NCBI GenBank assembly: GCA_029717555.1
Contig: JAMDHS010000041.1
Location: 124,001-188,000, forward strand
Reading direction: 5' to 3'
Length of the DNA stretch: 64,000 bases
Origin: Peribolospora baueri
Lineage: Eukaryota
This document shows, in pieces, positions 1 to 14,867 of the stretch. Made by a program: the position numbers and the translations under genes. Every line of letters starts with the position of its first letter. Position 1 is the first letter of the stretch. A model generated the notes under the pieces. That model did not search any database and was not told where the DNA came from. It saw only the letters and a list, made by a program, of their open reading frames with translations.

Positions 1-1
1 C

Positions 2-1168
2 TTGGCTGATAGCGAGGGGCGTTCAGACATATCTCGCATCGCCACTTCCGTGGCAAGGTCACGTTTCCGCACCAAGGACGACTTTGTGCGTCAGGCGGTC
101 GCTTGCGTCACCAACAACTACATGGCATCCCTGGGTCCCAGAATCGTCGTCCTTTTGTTGTCGTGCGTCCTCAATCAGACGGAGTGGATGAGGTCGACAT
201 CGATGCAGCTCGTCAAGGTCGTCTTCCACAATGTGGACATGCGCACGCCGGAGTATGCCGACCTGGGCACAGAGCTGCTCATGCCTCTCCTCCGACTCCT
301 TTCTACGAACCTGGCAGCTCAAGCTCTGGACGTCCTGGACGAACCACTCGTCGTGTCCGGCGGGCCCACGCCAGCACAGATCCTACGCATGAGTGTGTCC
401 GGTCGGCTTTCGAAGACTAGAGAGCTTCTCGCCAGCGGCTCCGTGTTCGGAGAGCCAGACGACAGTGGCTGGTGCACTCCCGACCCATCAGCTCAAATGG
501 CGGTCACTCGGCTTAACGTTCAGGCTGTCTTCAAGGTCTGTGAGGCCACCTTAGATATCGCCCCAATGTCATCCAACGTGGACTTCGTTATGGATGATTA
601 CTACGGCGACGAGCCGTTCACGGCAATCGGTGCACACGTCGCGCCTGACGCGGCCGAGACGTCCAGTCTCGGAGATATGGTCTCTCAGCTTCATGACCTG
701 TCTTCCTTCTTCGGGGACGACGCGGTGCCGACCCCCAATTCCATGCGCTACCCTCACACCGAGCTTAGCGCTATGTATCCCCACGCGAACACTTCCCACG
801 CGCAGATAGCTGCCATCCTCTCACGATCAGTCGCGCCCTCAATCGCCTCTGATGACGTTTCTTCCATCGGCCCCTCCTTGGCCTCCATTCCGGAGGAGCG
901 GGATCGGGACCGAGACGTCTTCTTCGAAGCACCATCGACCCCAGTGGACGCTATGACCACTGCTCACTCCTCCGTCATCTCGCCTCAGTCGTCAGAGGGT
1001 AGCAGTGAGGAGGCCGGTGCTTTTAATTTGGAGCCCGTGCGCACGCCACCGCGCAAGTTCCGTCTTACAATGCCACGTAAGGTTCCTCGACCACCGATGC
1101 CGACCACTCCGAGCCGGCATGCTACTTCCCCTTCGTATGACAGCCAAAGGAACCGCGGTGGCGGCTGA
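2..1168 (+). CDS. TAO3: Cell morphogenesis protein TAO3/PAG1/MOR2 (Furry family), C-terminal part; 5' end lies outside the window
   Basis: Open frame from the window edge to TGA 1168. The segment 'LLLSCVLNQTEWMRSTSMQLVKVVF...ELLMPLLRLLSTNLAAQALDVLDE...VFGEPDDSGW' resembles the MOR2-PAG1 C-terminal domain. Confidence 0.8.
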   Translation: MADSEGRSDISRIATSVARSRFRTKDDFVRQAVACVTNNYMASLGPRIVVLLLSCVLNQTEWMRSTSMQLVKVVFHNVDMRTPEYADLGTELLMPLLRLLSTNLAAQALDVLDEPLVVSGGPTPAQILRMSVSGRLSKTRELLASGSVFGEPDDSGWCTPDPSAQMAVTRLNVQAVFKVCEATLDIAPMSSNVDFVMDDYYGDEPFTAIGAHVAPDAAETSSLGDMVSQLHDLSSFFGDDAVPTPNSMRYPHTELSAMYPHANTSHAQIAAILSRSVAPSIASDDVSSIGPSLASIPEERDRDRDVFFEAPSTPVDAMTTAHSSVISPQSSEGSSEEAGAFNLEPVRTPPRKFRLTMPRKVPRPPMPTTPSRHATSPSYDSQRNRGGG

Positions 1169-1556
1169 GTTTCCATGAACAATATTTGTGAACACTTTAG
1201 TGGACTGTATTCGTGTCCGTTCTTGTCCCACCGCCGTTCCCTTGTGCTCTTCCCGGAGTCATTCGTGCGCCAAGTCGCAATGTATTTTACAGCAGATCTA
1301 GTTATACAAATGATTTGAAATGAGTTCTGCTAAGGTCGCCACGGACATCGAGGACCGCCTGGCGGCTGAACCAAGTCCGCGTGTATGACCATGCATAGTA
1401 CATACATACATAGGCGGCGTGAATGCTGTTCTACAACAGTCCGACCTTGAGAAGCTCGACATGTGACAACCTGCTCACTGGTTTGCATTGAACTACATTT
1501 CGGAGGAATTCGTCCAACGGTTGCTGGGACGAAGGGGCTGCCCGGGGAAGTTTCGA

Positions 1557-4500
1557 CTAGCAGCGCTCGAAGACTGGGAGCGGAAAAGTTGCGGAAGATC
1601 AGCAGAAAGTCGACATTTTAGGTACGGGCGGAACTCCTTGCTCACCTCTGTAAAGGCTTTGGAGATCCGTGACCTGAACGACGTCCTCCGCCTCCAGCAA
1701 CCGTTTTGGGGCGACGAAGTACTTCCTCAGCCCAGACAAGAACGTATGCTGGAGATGCCACTTCTCGGAAGCCTCGATCTGCTTCTCCCGAGCGCGGTCG
1801 GCTTCCAAGGTCTCTCCGTCTGCGTCATTCTCTGTCACCTCGCCGGACGAACCGGATGGAACCGCAGGAACGTAGAACCAAGCGAGCTCGCGGAGGAACG
1901 TTTCGAAGCAGGCCCTCTCGTCACTCCAATCCACCTGCGGCCCTAGCCGCATGAGAAAGTCGGGTAGCCGGTCGAGGTTTGGAGTGTAGCCTTTGAGGAG
2001 CATGGGGAGTGATTCCAGCTCCCCAGATTCGGAGATGCACATCGAAAAGTACTCGTTCATCATCTCCCGGTTAGCGAGAAGGATTGAGCAAATCGTCTGA
2101 AAGCATGTCAAGGGCAGAACACGAGCGTCAGTCTAGACGGACGCTACTTGGAGCTCGTTCACGAACGTCTGGCTCACATCTGTCGCCTCCTCTTTACTCA
2201 TGTCCGCCTTTTCCTCAACATCAGCTTCTGCCGCGATGGCGAGAGCGACGAGCTCGCGGATTGAAGGCGGTGGATCGAGCTTGAGCCGGCGGAAGGCGCC
2301 GAACTGCCGAAGGGCCATCTGATAAGCGTACTCTTCACTGCGGCCGGACACGAGAAGCAAAGGCATGAGTTCACGGACGTTGCTTGGGTGAACGTGGGCT
2401 TGTGCATGACGGGTTGACTGACCAAATGATGAAATGATTGATGAGATAGAGCTTTGTGGCGTGTTGGATCAGTGATAACGAGAGATCAAGGTCGACGATA
2501 CCGACGAAGGTCATATTTTGCAGGACGTCGGTCAACGCTGTACCAAGGAGACACAATGTCACACTGAGGATGAGGTGGAACGCTCATAACCAGAGACAGT
2601 GCGAGGCTGAGCTTTGAACGCCGGTACTGACCTGAGTGTTTCTGCTTCATGACTTCCTTCCTCATCGCTTTCACGCTTTCTAACAGAGTCTCGCTTTCCG
2701 GAACCTTGCCTCCTTCCGCCTCGCCCTGGGCCGATGGTTGTCGCGAAAGAGATGTTTCGGACTGGGAAGCTCCCCAATTCGGCACCATGGCGTGAAGCGT
2801 CCTGTCATTTTGGTTCACTCGAACCACGTGCTGGGGGTATCCTTTTCGCGATGACATTGGCAAACCTGCTAGAAAAAGAGATCACGTTCGACAGTACGAC
2901 TGGCGGCGTCAGATAGAGAAACAGGCAGCGCTAAACCGCAACCGACCAACCACCCACCGCCCTGTGCGGAGCTCTTTTCCGAGCGATCGCCAGTCTCCGG
3001 AATAGATGCCGCGCCAGGGAGGAGAGTTTGCTGGGAGCACAACGGAAAAACAAAGGATGGAGGCAAGAAAGTCAGTCCGCTGACACAAGATTTGTTGCAC
3101 CATTGACGCCGCCGCACAAAGGGCACGATCACTCACCGTAAACGCAAACGTTCGCGAAGTATTCGCCCCGACGAGCGCGTCCTGGAGGGCCTTGCAAACA
3201 GCTTCTATTACGTCGTCCTCGTCGAGGAAGTGCACCTCTCGCTTCGTCGGATGGACGTTGACGTCAACCTTGTGAGGATCGATGAGCAGGCTGAGGTACA
3301 TGAACGGGTGTCCCCCTTTGGGCAAGAGATTGGAATAGAGCGCCTCGAGAGAGCGTTTCAGAGATGATGACTCCACGAGTCGATCTGTAGGAATGAACAA
3401 GGTCAACTCGTTGGAAAACATCGATGACTTCAGTCAAAAACTCCCGGGAGTGTGGACGCAATAAGCTCGCGCACTTACGATTAATAAAAAGCAGCATGGT
3501 GGTCTTCTTCGCGCTCCAGTTGGCATTCGTAAACCATCCTTCGCCTTCGAATCCCAACTGGACGTTCTTTCCGGTCTCTAATCGGACAAGCTCCCGAGCG
3601 ATGGCAGAACCGTAGAGGAGGCGGATGTTCGACAGGACGGTGGCGTTGGAAGATGGCGTGGATACGTCAGCCGCGTTGGATGTCGCCTATGTGTGAAGAA
3701 GAAAAACGTTAAGATGCACAATCGGTAAAAGCTGGCCAACCGGACACCAGGACGCTTCTGTCCATGCAATTGTTCGACTGACCTTTTTGCACACAAAGCT
3801 CACGCCAGCGTTATGAACCGCATAACGGGTGACCACGTCCAATACCCTGCCGTATTCCTCTGTTGCCGATTTCAGTGCCCGACGACGAGTGGGCACGTTG
3901 TAAAACAGATCCTCGGCCGTGATAGTCGTTCCATCATTACCGGCGGTCGGTTTCGCCGATGCCGCGGCGCCCGGTTTCGACGGCAAGAGGACGCCATCCG
4001 AGTAAGAAGCTCTGTGCAAAGGAAATCAATTGTTAGAACGGACGAATCAGTACACAGACGTCGGGAGCGCGCCCAAAACTCCTAGAGCGCTCACTTCCAC
4101 GCGCAGCTATCTTCCCTGGTCTTGGTAACAACACTCAAATGGGCGACGTGACTAATGCTCGCCAACGCCTCTCCGCGAAAACCGTACGTGGCGATCTTGC
4201 TGAGGTCTGAAAAGGAGGAGAGCTTCGAGGTGGTGAAGCGCTCGCAAAGGATGGGGAGGTCGGAGACCTGCAATTGCAAGAAGATGAAAGCAAATGCCTC
4301 ATCTGAACACCCCACGCTTCGCGAAATCCATGGAGCAATGCACACCTGGCTTACCCTAATACCGCAGCCGTTGTCCTGAATCTGAAGGAGCTTCAAGCCG
4401 CCCTCCTTGAGGGTGACCTTGATCTGCGTGGCGCCAGCGTCAAGCGAGTTCTCAATGAGCTCTTTCAGCGCGTTCGCCGGTCGATGAATGATCTGGATGC

Positions 4501-4684
4501 CAAGGAGCCGGTATTACGTTGGGTCAGATCAGCTTGCTCCACCAGCCTGGGCGAAAGGGGATTCAGCAACGAGCAGGCGCACCTCGCCGGCAGCGATTCT
4601 ATTGACGACCGCCTCATCAAGCTTGCGAATTGGCCTGGGAACATGCCTATCCCCCGGGTCGGCCATCTGCGCATCGTCTGCCAT
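1557..4684 (-). CDS. MLH1: DNA mismatch repair protein MutL homolog MLH1, multi-exon
   Basis: ATG 4684 leads into '[16 protein letters not shown]'. Motifs include '[18 protein letters not shown]', 'IQDNGCGI', '[16 protein letters not shown]' and '[12 protein letters not shown]'. The last mini-exon 1573-1557 completes the invariant C-terminus LYRVFERC*. Confidence 0.97.
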
Positions 4685-4851
4685 GGTCGGCGGCGATGTC
4701 GATGTCGAAGCGAGGGTGATGGGAAGGAAGGAGCGTTTCATTTACGCGGCGTGGAAGCTGAACGTCGATCGGCTGCGGCATGTTTGAATGCTGTCCTGCC
4801 CCAGTCGAGGTGTCGAGAAGAACGTCCATAACAATACAACGCACGGCGACG

Positions 4852-7172
4852 ATGGGCAAGGCACGTCTTGTCACAGACAGTCTACTCGTACTGCTTCCCG
4901 CCGTACATGTTCTCCTCACCCCGTATACCAAGGTAGAGGAGAGCTTCAACGTCCAAGCCGTCCACGACATCCTCACATTCGGCATCGGAAGCGAGGGTCT
5001 GCAGAAGGTGACGAGGAGACAGCGCCGCTGGTACCGGCGCCGTAACGGACGTAAAATGTGCTGACCCAGGACCCTCGTTCGTTTCAAAGTATGATCATAA
5101 CGAGTTTCCGGGGGCGGTTCCTCGATCATTCATAGGAGCGCTTGCCCTCAGCGCTTTTTCCCTTCCGGTCGTCTTCGTCGCGGACAAGGCTCAGTTGTTG
5201 AGGGACAAATTCGATGTACAGGTGGTCGGTGAGGAGTGGTGACGCCATCTCTCCCCATCTCGTTTTGGGATCAACAACAGCCCTTCAGCAATTAGCTGAC
5301 GCCCTGTTCTGTCTTTTCAAATAGCTCGGCTCGTTCTCGCCCTCGTGAACTCGCTAGCACTGCGAAAATTCAAGCATGTCATAGGAAGCACTTTCGGCTC
5401 GGCAGTGGAGAGCGCATTCGCGGTCGTCGTCGCCAGTCAATTTCACTTAGTATTTTGGATGGGCAGGACATTGCCAAATATGTTGGCGCTAGGGCCTGGT
5501 GAGCGTTGGTGCATAATCTGGGAATTGATGGCGGAAGGGATGGCCACGTACCGGGCAGAGTCCACCTTTTTCACAAGCCACTCATCCGCTCCCTCGCTTT
5601 CTTCCTCCCCTCCAGTTTTACTCGCACTGAAACTATACCACGCCCCTCAACCGCCCTCCCCTCCTTTCTCACCCTGTGCCGCACGCTCCCCGCTCTTGCG
5701 CTCGTTTACCATCCTTACCTATGTTGGCGTCATTCTAAGATCCGAGCTCGCCCTTCTCCTTGCGCCCTTGCTCGCACAGGCAATTTTGCTCGGGCGAGTC
5801 GACTTGAAACGGGTCATATTGCGGGGTATCAGGGACGCGTTGATTGCTGTCGGTACGTCGTCGTCATCCGCAAGCCCATGGGATGACTTTGGATGACTAC
5901 GAAACAATGCTGAGGTTGTTCGTACTTTCCTTGGAATCCTTTCTAGCTTTGACGGTACTCATCGATACCTACTTCTGGGGACGGCCATGGGACTTACCAC
6001 TATGGCCTGAGCTGGATGGATTATTCTTCAATGTCGTGGAAGGCAAGAGTGCAGAATGGGGTGTGAGTGGGACATGGCCGTTTCATGGAAGCGCAGACGG
6101 ATTCCTGTTAATATTTTTCATTTAACCTATCTGTCACTGTCATTTTTGCGTAGATATCACCCTTTCATGATTACGTGACTTCCTTGGTTCCGCGACTGCT
6201 CACCTTCACCCTTCCCCTGCTGCTAATCGGGCTAATGATGGACAGACGCGTACGATCTTTCCTGGCACCGTACGCTGCTTTCATCGGCCTATTGAGTTGC
6301 CTCGGTCACAAGGAGTGGCGCTTCGTTGTTTACGCCGTTCCTGCGTTTGACGTCGGAGCGGCAGTAGGAATTGTGTGGAGGTGGGTTCACGTCAAAGGGT
6401 TTTCAAGCTCGTCCTTTATTTATTTGTCCCTCCATTGACATACACCTGATCCATGACAGCCTCCGTCGATGGAGGAGATCGATTATCAACCGTCTTATGG
6501 CGACGTTTGCTCTCGGCAGCATCGCGGCCACGATCGCCCTATCACTATTCACTGCCTACGTCTCTTACTACAACTACCCAGGCGGCCTCGCCATGCGTCG
6601 TCTACACCAGCTCGTCAGCCCGTCCACGGAAGGTGAGTACCAAAGGTGAGCCTTCGATACGATCGTTCTCACGACATCGTCGTCCGATCGTCCAATGCTC
6701 GGTAGCAGTCCGGCTGCACGTCGATACTCTCGCGGCAATGACCGGCGTCACCCGGTTCTCCGAGCTCAATTCCGCCTCAAAGGTGTGGGTCACCCGCGGC
6801 CTTTCCTTGCCAGACCAACCTCGCGAACGTTCGTCCTCGGAGAGTCCTCTCCCGTCACCGCGGGAATGGCGATATTCGAAAGCTGAGAACCTGACCGAAC
6901 CGGCCGACTTCGAGCCGTTCACCCACCTTCTGACCGCTACGCCCGACTTCCATCGAGAGCGATTCGACGTGCTCGAGGCTGTTCAAGCGTTCTCGGGCTT
7001 ACGGCGGGTCGCGTTGGAGGACGTGGAGGAGGCTTGGCTCGGCCTGGTGAGCTCGGACGGGCGGAAGCGTTGGTGGCGAGAAGGGGAGATGCGGTGGGAG
7101 GCATTGCTCCCCGTCGTGCCGAGGTGGGAGGATCAGGTATGGATCATGGAAAGGAAAGCGGACGCCCAGTGA
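4852..7172 (+). CDS. ALG12: Dol-P-Man alpha-1,6-mannosyltransferase ALG12 (GT22), multi-exon
   Basis: Motifs '[16 protein letters not shown]', '[16 protein letters not shown]', '[16 protein letters not shown]', '[14 protein letters not shown]', 'HKEWRFVVY', 'NYPGG', '[10 protein letters not shown]' and 'YSKAENL'. Confidence 0.93.
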
Positions 7173-7434
7173 GCCCTTGTAGGTCGGAGCTACGGAGGGA
7201 GGAGAGAGGACGGTCGACGGTAACGGGCGGACCTCGCGTGCGAGAGTGTGTTACTTAGAACCATCCAGCGCACCCGTGAAGGGCGTCGACGGCCGGGGAA
7301 ATCGATGAGCGCCTCCGGGCAGCTGCTTGCATCATTCAGATTCTCACCCGTGCAGTGTCACCGAGCTCCTTAGGTCCGGGACTTCTCTCGGAACGATGGT
7401 CGACGGCTTTCAAGGAGACGGAAGAGAGGGTTCA

Positions 7435-7935
7435 ACACGAGTCTTCAACTTGGAGGGCGGATAAAGCAGCAATAAGAAACGGGTCTTCAACAGGTAGGGA
7501 GAATAAAGCAGCGAGAAGTGGAAAGGCGGGGACGGAGAATAAGTGGAGGCAGATTAGCGAGGTGAAAAACAAGGAGGTTAAAGCAGTAAGAAAAACCGAG
7601 TCTTCAACGGGAAGGAGGGATAAAGCAGCAACAAGAAACGGTCTTCAAGCGGTAGGGAGGATACAGCAGCGAGAGGAAAAGGGTCTTCAACAAGAAAGAA
7701 ACGGGTCTTCAACAGGGAGGCAGAATAAAGCAGCGAGAAGAAAGGACCTTCAACAAGGAAGAAAAGGGACTTCAACAGGGAGGCAGGATAAAACGGCAAT
7801 AAGAAACGGTATTCAACAATGTCCTAAATGTGGAAAAATGGAAAGACATGGACGGAGAATAAGTGGAAGGGGAGTAGCGAGGTGAAAAACAAGGAGATTA
7901 AAGCAGTAAGAAAAGACGAGTTAAAGCAGCGAGAA
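7435..7935. repeat. Degenerate purine-rich minisatellite (~42-bp unit with ~21-bp half units) plus a ~64-bp direct repeat
   Basis: A GTCTTCAAC-like core recurs at ~7441, 7483, 7600, 7641, 7683, 7705, 7745, 7768 and 7809, most copies followed by ...ATAAAGCAGC...AGAAAC. 'GACGGAGAATAAGTGGA...GAGGTGAAAAACAAGGAG.TTAAAGCAGTAAGAAAA' occurs at ~7531-7594 and ~7851-7914. Confidence 0.85.
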
Positions 7936-8161
7936 GCGCGCTTCGCTAGCCGTGTTCCATCGTATGTGTATACATAGTGTACCGCTGACGTCCTTCTACA
8001 GCAACGAGCGAAGGTGCCTCTTCCAAGCGATTGCACTATACCGTACACTTCACAACTAAGGTGTCTAAAACATCTTCTGAGTTCCAATCCGGTCCAGCTC
8101 ATCCCCATCGGATTTAACCTGGTCATTCGTCTTGTCGCATCGTACCGATTCTTAAGGCAAT

Positions 8162-10670
<2,509 letters not shown>

Positions 10671-10833
10671 GGCGGGATGCAGACGTCGAGCGTGAGCGTG
10701 CTTGGCGTGGAGAGACGAGGTGGTGATGGTGGTCAAGGGAGATCTTTTCTATTCCACCCCGGCCCGACTCTTATCTCGGCGTGATGGTGTGCTCGCCGTC
10801 CCCGACCGAACATCCGATCGGCCTTTTGCTCGA

Positions 10834-10884
10834 CCACGTCACGTGCTCTTACACTGCATCGGCGCTTGACCCTTGGCACGTGAC
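10834..10884. promoter_or_regulatory. Two inverted GTCACGTG (Cbf1/E-box-type) motifs and an overlapping CCACGTCA (UPRE-like) motif in a divergent promoter
   Basis: GTCACGTG at 10838-10845, CACGTGAC at 10877-10884 and CCACGTCA at 10834-10841, lying between the sulfur-metabolism enzyme and SSP120. Confidence 0.45.
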
Positions 10885-11070
10885 ATTTGGCCGCAGTGGC
10901 CGGTGTGCCCGAACGCCAGAGCCGCCGGCGGCTACCTCCAACGCTCCGCCACGACCGACGTCAACCTCCAGAGCCCGGCGCCCGTAATCTTTGCTCACCC
11001 ACTCCAGAGTCCAACCTCCCCGGCCGATTTATATATTCTACCCCTAACTCTGTGCTGGCACAACATCAAA

Positions 11071-12754
11071 ATGTCGACGGCCCGTTCCGCCCTCTTTTTC
11101 CCTCTTCTCTTCGCCCTTCTCGCCGGCCGCTCCGCCCTCGCTCATGGCGGCCACGGCGACGACTCTAACTCTGCCGACGGCGACAGCTATGTCCAGAAGC
11201 ACATGGCCTCCGAGCACCACATCGGCGCATTCGACCTCGCTAGCTTTTTCCATCTCCACGATCTCGACCGCAATGGCGTTTTGGACGTGAGTCTTCGTCC
11301 TTTGCCCTGTGCTCTTGTCAACGAGCCAGCGTGACCAGGCGGAGCCTGCTGTTATGCAGCATCTCGTCCCGTCGCTCATGTTTGCAACGCACCCTCGTGT
11401 TCTTTCGTCCCCGTTTCTTGCACCCTCCTACAGCGATCCGAGATCGAAGCCATCTATGGCGTCCACCACTCCACCTCGATCAAGCACAGCGAGTCGTACG
11501 AGGTGCACGACGCAAAGGCGGACCGCATCGTTGCAGAGGTACTCAAGCGACTTGACAAGAACGGCGACGGCATGATCACCAAATCAGAGTTTGTCAACGG
11601 CGGCGCTTCTGGGTTGCCCAAGTTTGATGATCTCGGTGGCCTCGGACATCACTATGGTAAGTGAAAGCGGTGTGGACCACTTTACCTTCCCGTGTCCAGT
11701 CGGTCTGACGACCGGAGGTCTTTCCTCGGACATTTTTCAGACGAAGAGTCCGAGTATTTCGTTCATCACGAAGAGATCTATCATAACACTCCTGAGACGC
11801 AAGGGGACGATGCGTACACCCACCCTGAGGACCTCGACCACTTCGCTCACCACGCTGCGATTGAGCACGAGGAGGAGAATCGGGAACGACATGCACAGGG
11901 AATGCCCTCGTTGGAGGAAGAGGAGCGTAGCCATGGAAAGGCGATGGGCGGAAACGGCATGACGGTCGAACAGGCCCTCAAAGCCCAGCGAATCGGCGAG
12001 CACGAGTACGTGGACAATGCGCACGAGCAGTATACCTTCAAGAGCCCGGACACGAACGAGAAAGTGCAGGAAGGACATGACGTGGAGCAATCGAACCTCG
12101 CCAACTCGCAGCATCCCGACCCGGTTGGCAGTCAGAAGGTTGGCAGCGCCGATGCTGCCGGAACTCCCGGGTACGAGACGGCGGAGCAGATGGCCAAGCG
12201 GCTGGCTAAGGCCAAGTTCGAGGCCACTAAGAAGGCTCCGTACGGAAGCGATGGCTGGGCTGCACCGCGAAAGGTGGAAGACCGATTGAGGTGCGCTTTT
12301 GTGGAAAGGGATTGTCTCCACTTCGCTCGTACCTAAATCATTCTCCTGACCGCTCCGGTTCTTCTCATTGATTTTCTGTTTCACTTTATAGGAAAAACGT
12401 ACCGTACAAGGTAAGCTTCTTGAATTCGTTCGAGGACTAGCTGAGCTTAGCCGTGCCGGCTAGCTTGGTGGTTCCACTCCGATGCGCCATGCAGCGAGGA
12501 GCTTTTCGACTGATCCCGCTGGCTTCCGACCTCCTGTCCCTCCTTCTCTTCCCTGCCTTTTGTGCCATCTCCTCTATTTCGCAAATGGAGAAAATGCAGT
12601 ACAAGATCAAAAAGGTGAGTATCGGCAGAGGACTCGGTTAATAGTAGTTTGCTCGTCGTTGCCTCATATCGAAAGCGATCGTATTCATATTGACGATCTT
12701 GAATTTCGCACTTCTTCTTCTGGGCTCTCACAGTCGTACTTTGGCGAATTCTGA
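11071..12754 (+). CDS. SSP120: Secretory-pathway EF-hand protein, Ssp120-like
   Basis: Signal peptide, then 'HMASEHHIGAFDLASFFHLHDLDRNGVLD', a second EF hand 'DKNGDGMITKSEF' and 'DEESEYFVHHEEIYH...HPEDLDHFAHH'. Terminal micro-exons 12392-12410, 12600-12614 and 12734-12754 give RKNVPYKYKIKKSYFGEF*. Confidence 0.85.
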
Positions 12755-13623
12755 TCGTCCTATGTCCACACGCGTTCTCTTCCAACTTCTTGGGTCGGCC
12801 ATGGGCCTTGTCGGTCGCGTACCTCTTGTTCTCTCCGCTCCATCTAAGGTTGCTGCCTGTTCCGAGGTCACTTCATCGCACCTTCTGCTCGCTATTCCTA
12901 TCATGCTCTCGCGCTTTCCTCCCTTCACCTCCCTTCTTCCCGTTCCCATTCTCCTGGAGGATCGGACGATCGTGTCCCACATGGGCGGACATGGTTCGTC
13001 GCATACCCCACCCACCCACTCACTCATCACGGTCCTTTCATCTCTCTTATCGTCTTCTCCATTTTCGTCTCGAGAGGGGACGTGCCCCATCCTGCTCGTT
13101 GACCGTTGTCATTCCTTCGTTCATTTCCATGTATCTATCTATCTTTCACCGTCGCAGCAACGATTTTTACCTACGGTCGAATCGATCGTCCCCAGCGAGT
13201 CAAACTTAGCGTCTCGTGTCTCTCCCCTTCGGCTCTGAGGTGGTGTGCCACTTGGGCGTAGTGTGTGACGACGTGTCGGCGGAAGGAAATCAAAGTGCAC
13301 CACCAACTAACTATGCCCTCTGCCCTCTGCCCTGCAGGAAGAACGGGAAGGTGATACGCCCACGTCTCGTCCATCCGTCGAGCATGGTCGGTATCCGATG
13401 TGGACGCTCCGACCGACGTTCGACGAGCGGCGGACGGCGCCCCCTTCCCAGCGCCGCCGCCGACGTCCACAACACGCTCCCTCGCCTTCGTTTTCCTTGA
13501 AAGGATTTTGATCTCCACTTCGTCTCGGTCATTTCACTACTTTATAATGGTACAACCAGATCATGCGGACGTGGTCTCGTGAATTTAGCGCGGAGGGCTG
13601 GCCAGGGAAGACGTGCCGTCCGA

Positions 13624-14867
13624 CTATGGGTATCGACTCGCTCTGCCGCCGTCGCTCGTCCTAGAGTTGGCCCTGGTCCTCGCCTCCTCGGAGAGAACCG
13701 AACGGGACGTTCTGGTTGCGGTCGGGGAATTCGATGCATCGGCGTTGCGAGGCGCGGGCACAGGCGGGGGGGACGAAGAACCGGAAGCGGGAGAGCCTAA
13801 CCTGCGTTGGTCTCCCTCCTTTTTCATTGCGGCAAGCTTTGCCTCCAAAGCGGCAATCTTCGCATTCGTCCTGCGTTCGTGCCATTGTCAGGCGCGATGC
13901 AAGAGACGAATGACACATTGGGACGGGGTTTGGAAAGAAACGAGCACGTGTGTGTCAGCGGGTTTTTGGAGCTCGAAGCAGCGAGTCATGGGCCATCGTG
14001 CGTGCAGGAAAGATATGTTGGAATCGACGTGGTTAGTGCCAAGCGGGCTTACCCTTTCGGGACCGATGCGTTCTTGATGAGGCTGAGGGTAGTAGGGCGA
14101 TGCGCGTCCTGGTTCGGTCGTCGATGAGGGCCTACACCGCCTGATGAGCCGACTCCTTGCACGCCATCCGGATGTTGAACCTGCTCCAGGGGAAGTGAAA
14201 TCGGAGACGAGGAACGTCTCTCAATACGCAAGCGAATGTGGATGGGATGACAGGAGACAGCCCCTGCGTCCAGCGACGCCCCCCGACGCACCTGGTTCGC
14301 GTACGTGACGGACAGCTTCCTGCCCCGTAGAAGCTTGTCGTGTGTCTCAACCATGGCTTTTAGGGCTTCCTGGGCGGCAAGCGGGCCGAAGGAAGACGTT
14401 GGCGGGCGCGTCGGAGGTGACGAGACCGTGCGCACAAGAAACGAGGTGAGCGGCTCGTCATCGCCCGGGAGACAAGTAACGCAGAGTGCAGCCGCAAAGA
14501 AGGGAGCAACCCACCTCTTTCGTGTTGTATTCCACAAAGGCGTACCCGCGCGGTTTGCCCTTCATCGGCCCAGCCTTGTGAAAGAGGTAGTCGAGCCGAG
14601 TGACCTTGCCATATTTCGTGTACGTCTGGATGAGCGTGTATCTGACGAGGCGAAACGGCCGCAAGAAAGACAGAGCTCTCTTTGATCAGTCCATCTGTAC
14701 CACCCGTCGTGCATCCGGTGACATGGCACCGAGCCGCAACCTGAGGAACAAGCCCGGTGAGAAGACGTCCACGCTCACTCGTCGACGGAGGGGTGCAAGT
14801 TGCCGACGTACAGGCACCGATCTGATCGGGGTTGTTTGGCGCTGGCCGCCGAAGCAGAGGACGCCAT
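13624..14867 (-). CDS. Single-RRM RNA-binding protein, RBM18-like
   Basis: 'LYVGNLHPSVDE|YTLIQTYTKYGKVTRLDYLFHKAGPMKGKPRGYAFVEY' (RNP2/RNP1) and a C-terminal 'KIAALEAKL' helix typical of the RBM18 family. Confidence 0.82.

Noticed and set aside
7355..7885. 176-aa ORF as a real protein
   Set aside because: There is no ATG start. It is open mainly because the repeat is T-poor, and the frame is not kept in register with the repeat unit.
7435..7935. CRISPR-like array
   Set aside because: The units are degenerate and contiguous with no unique spacers, the context is eukaryotic, and there are no cas genes.
12755..13623. Additional gene between SSP120 and the RBM18-like gene
   Set aside because: C/T-rich low-complexity ORFs without motifs, consistent with convergent 3' UTRs.
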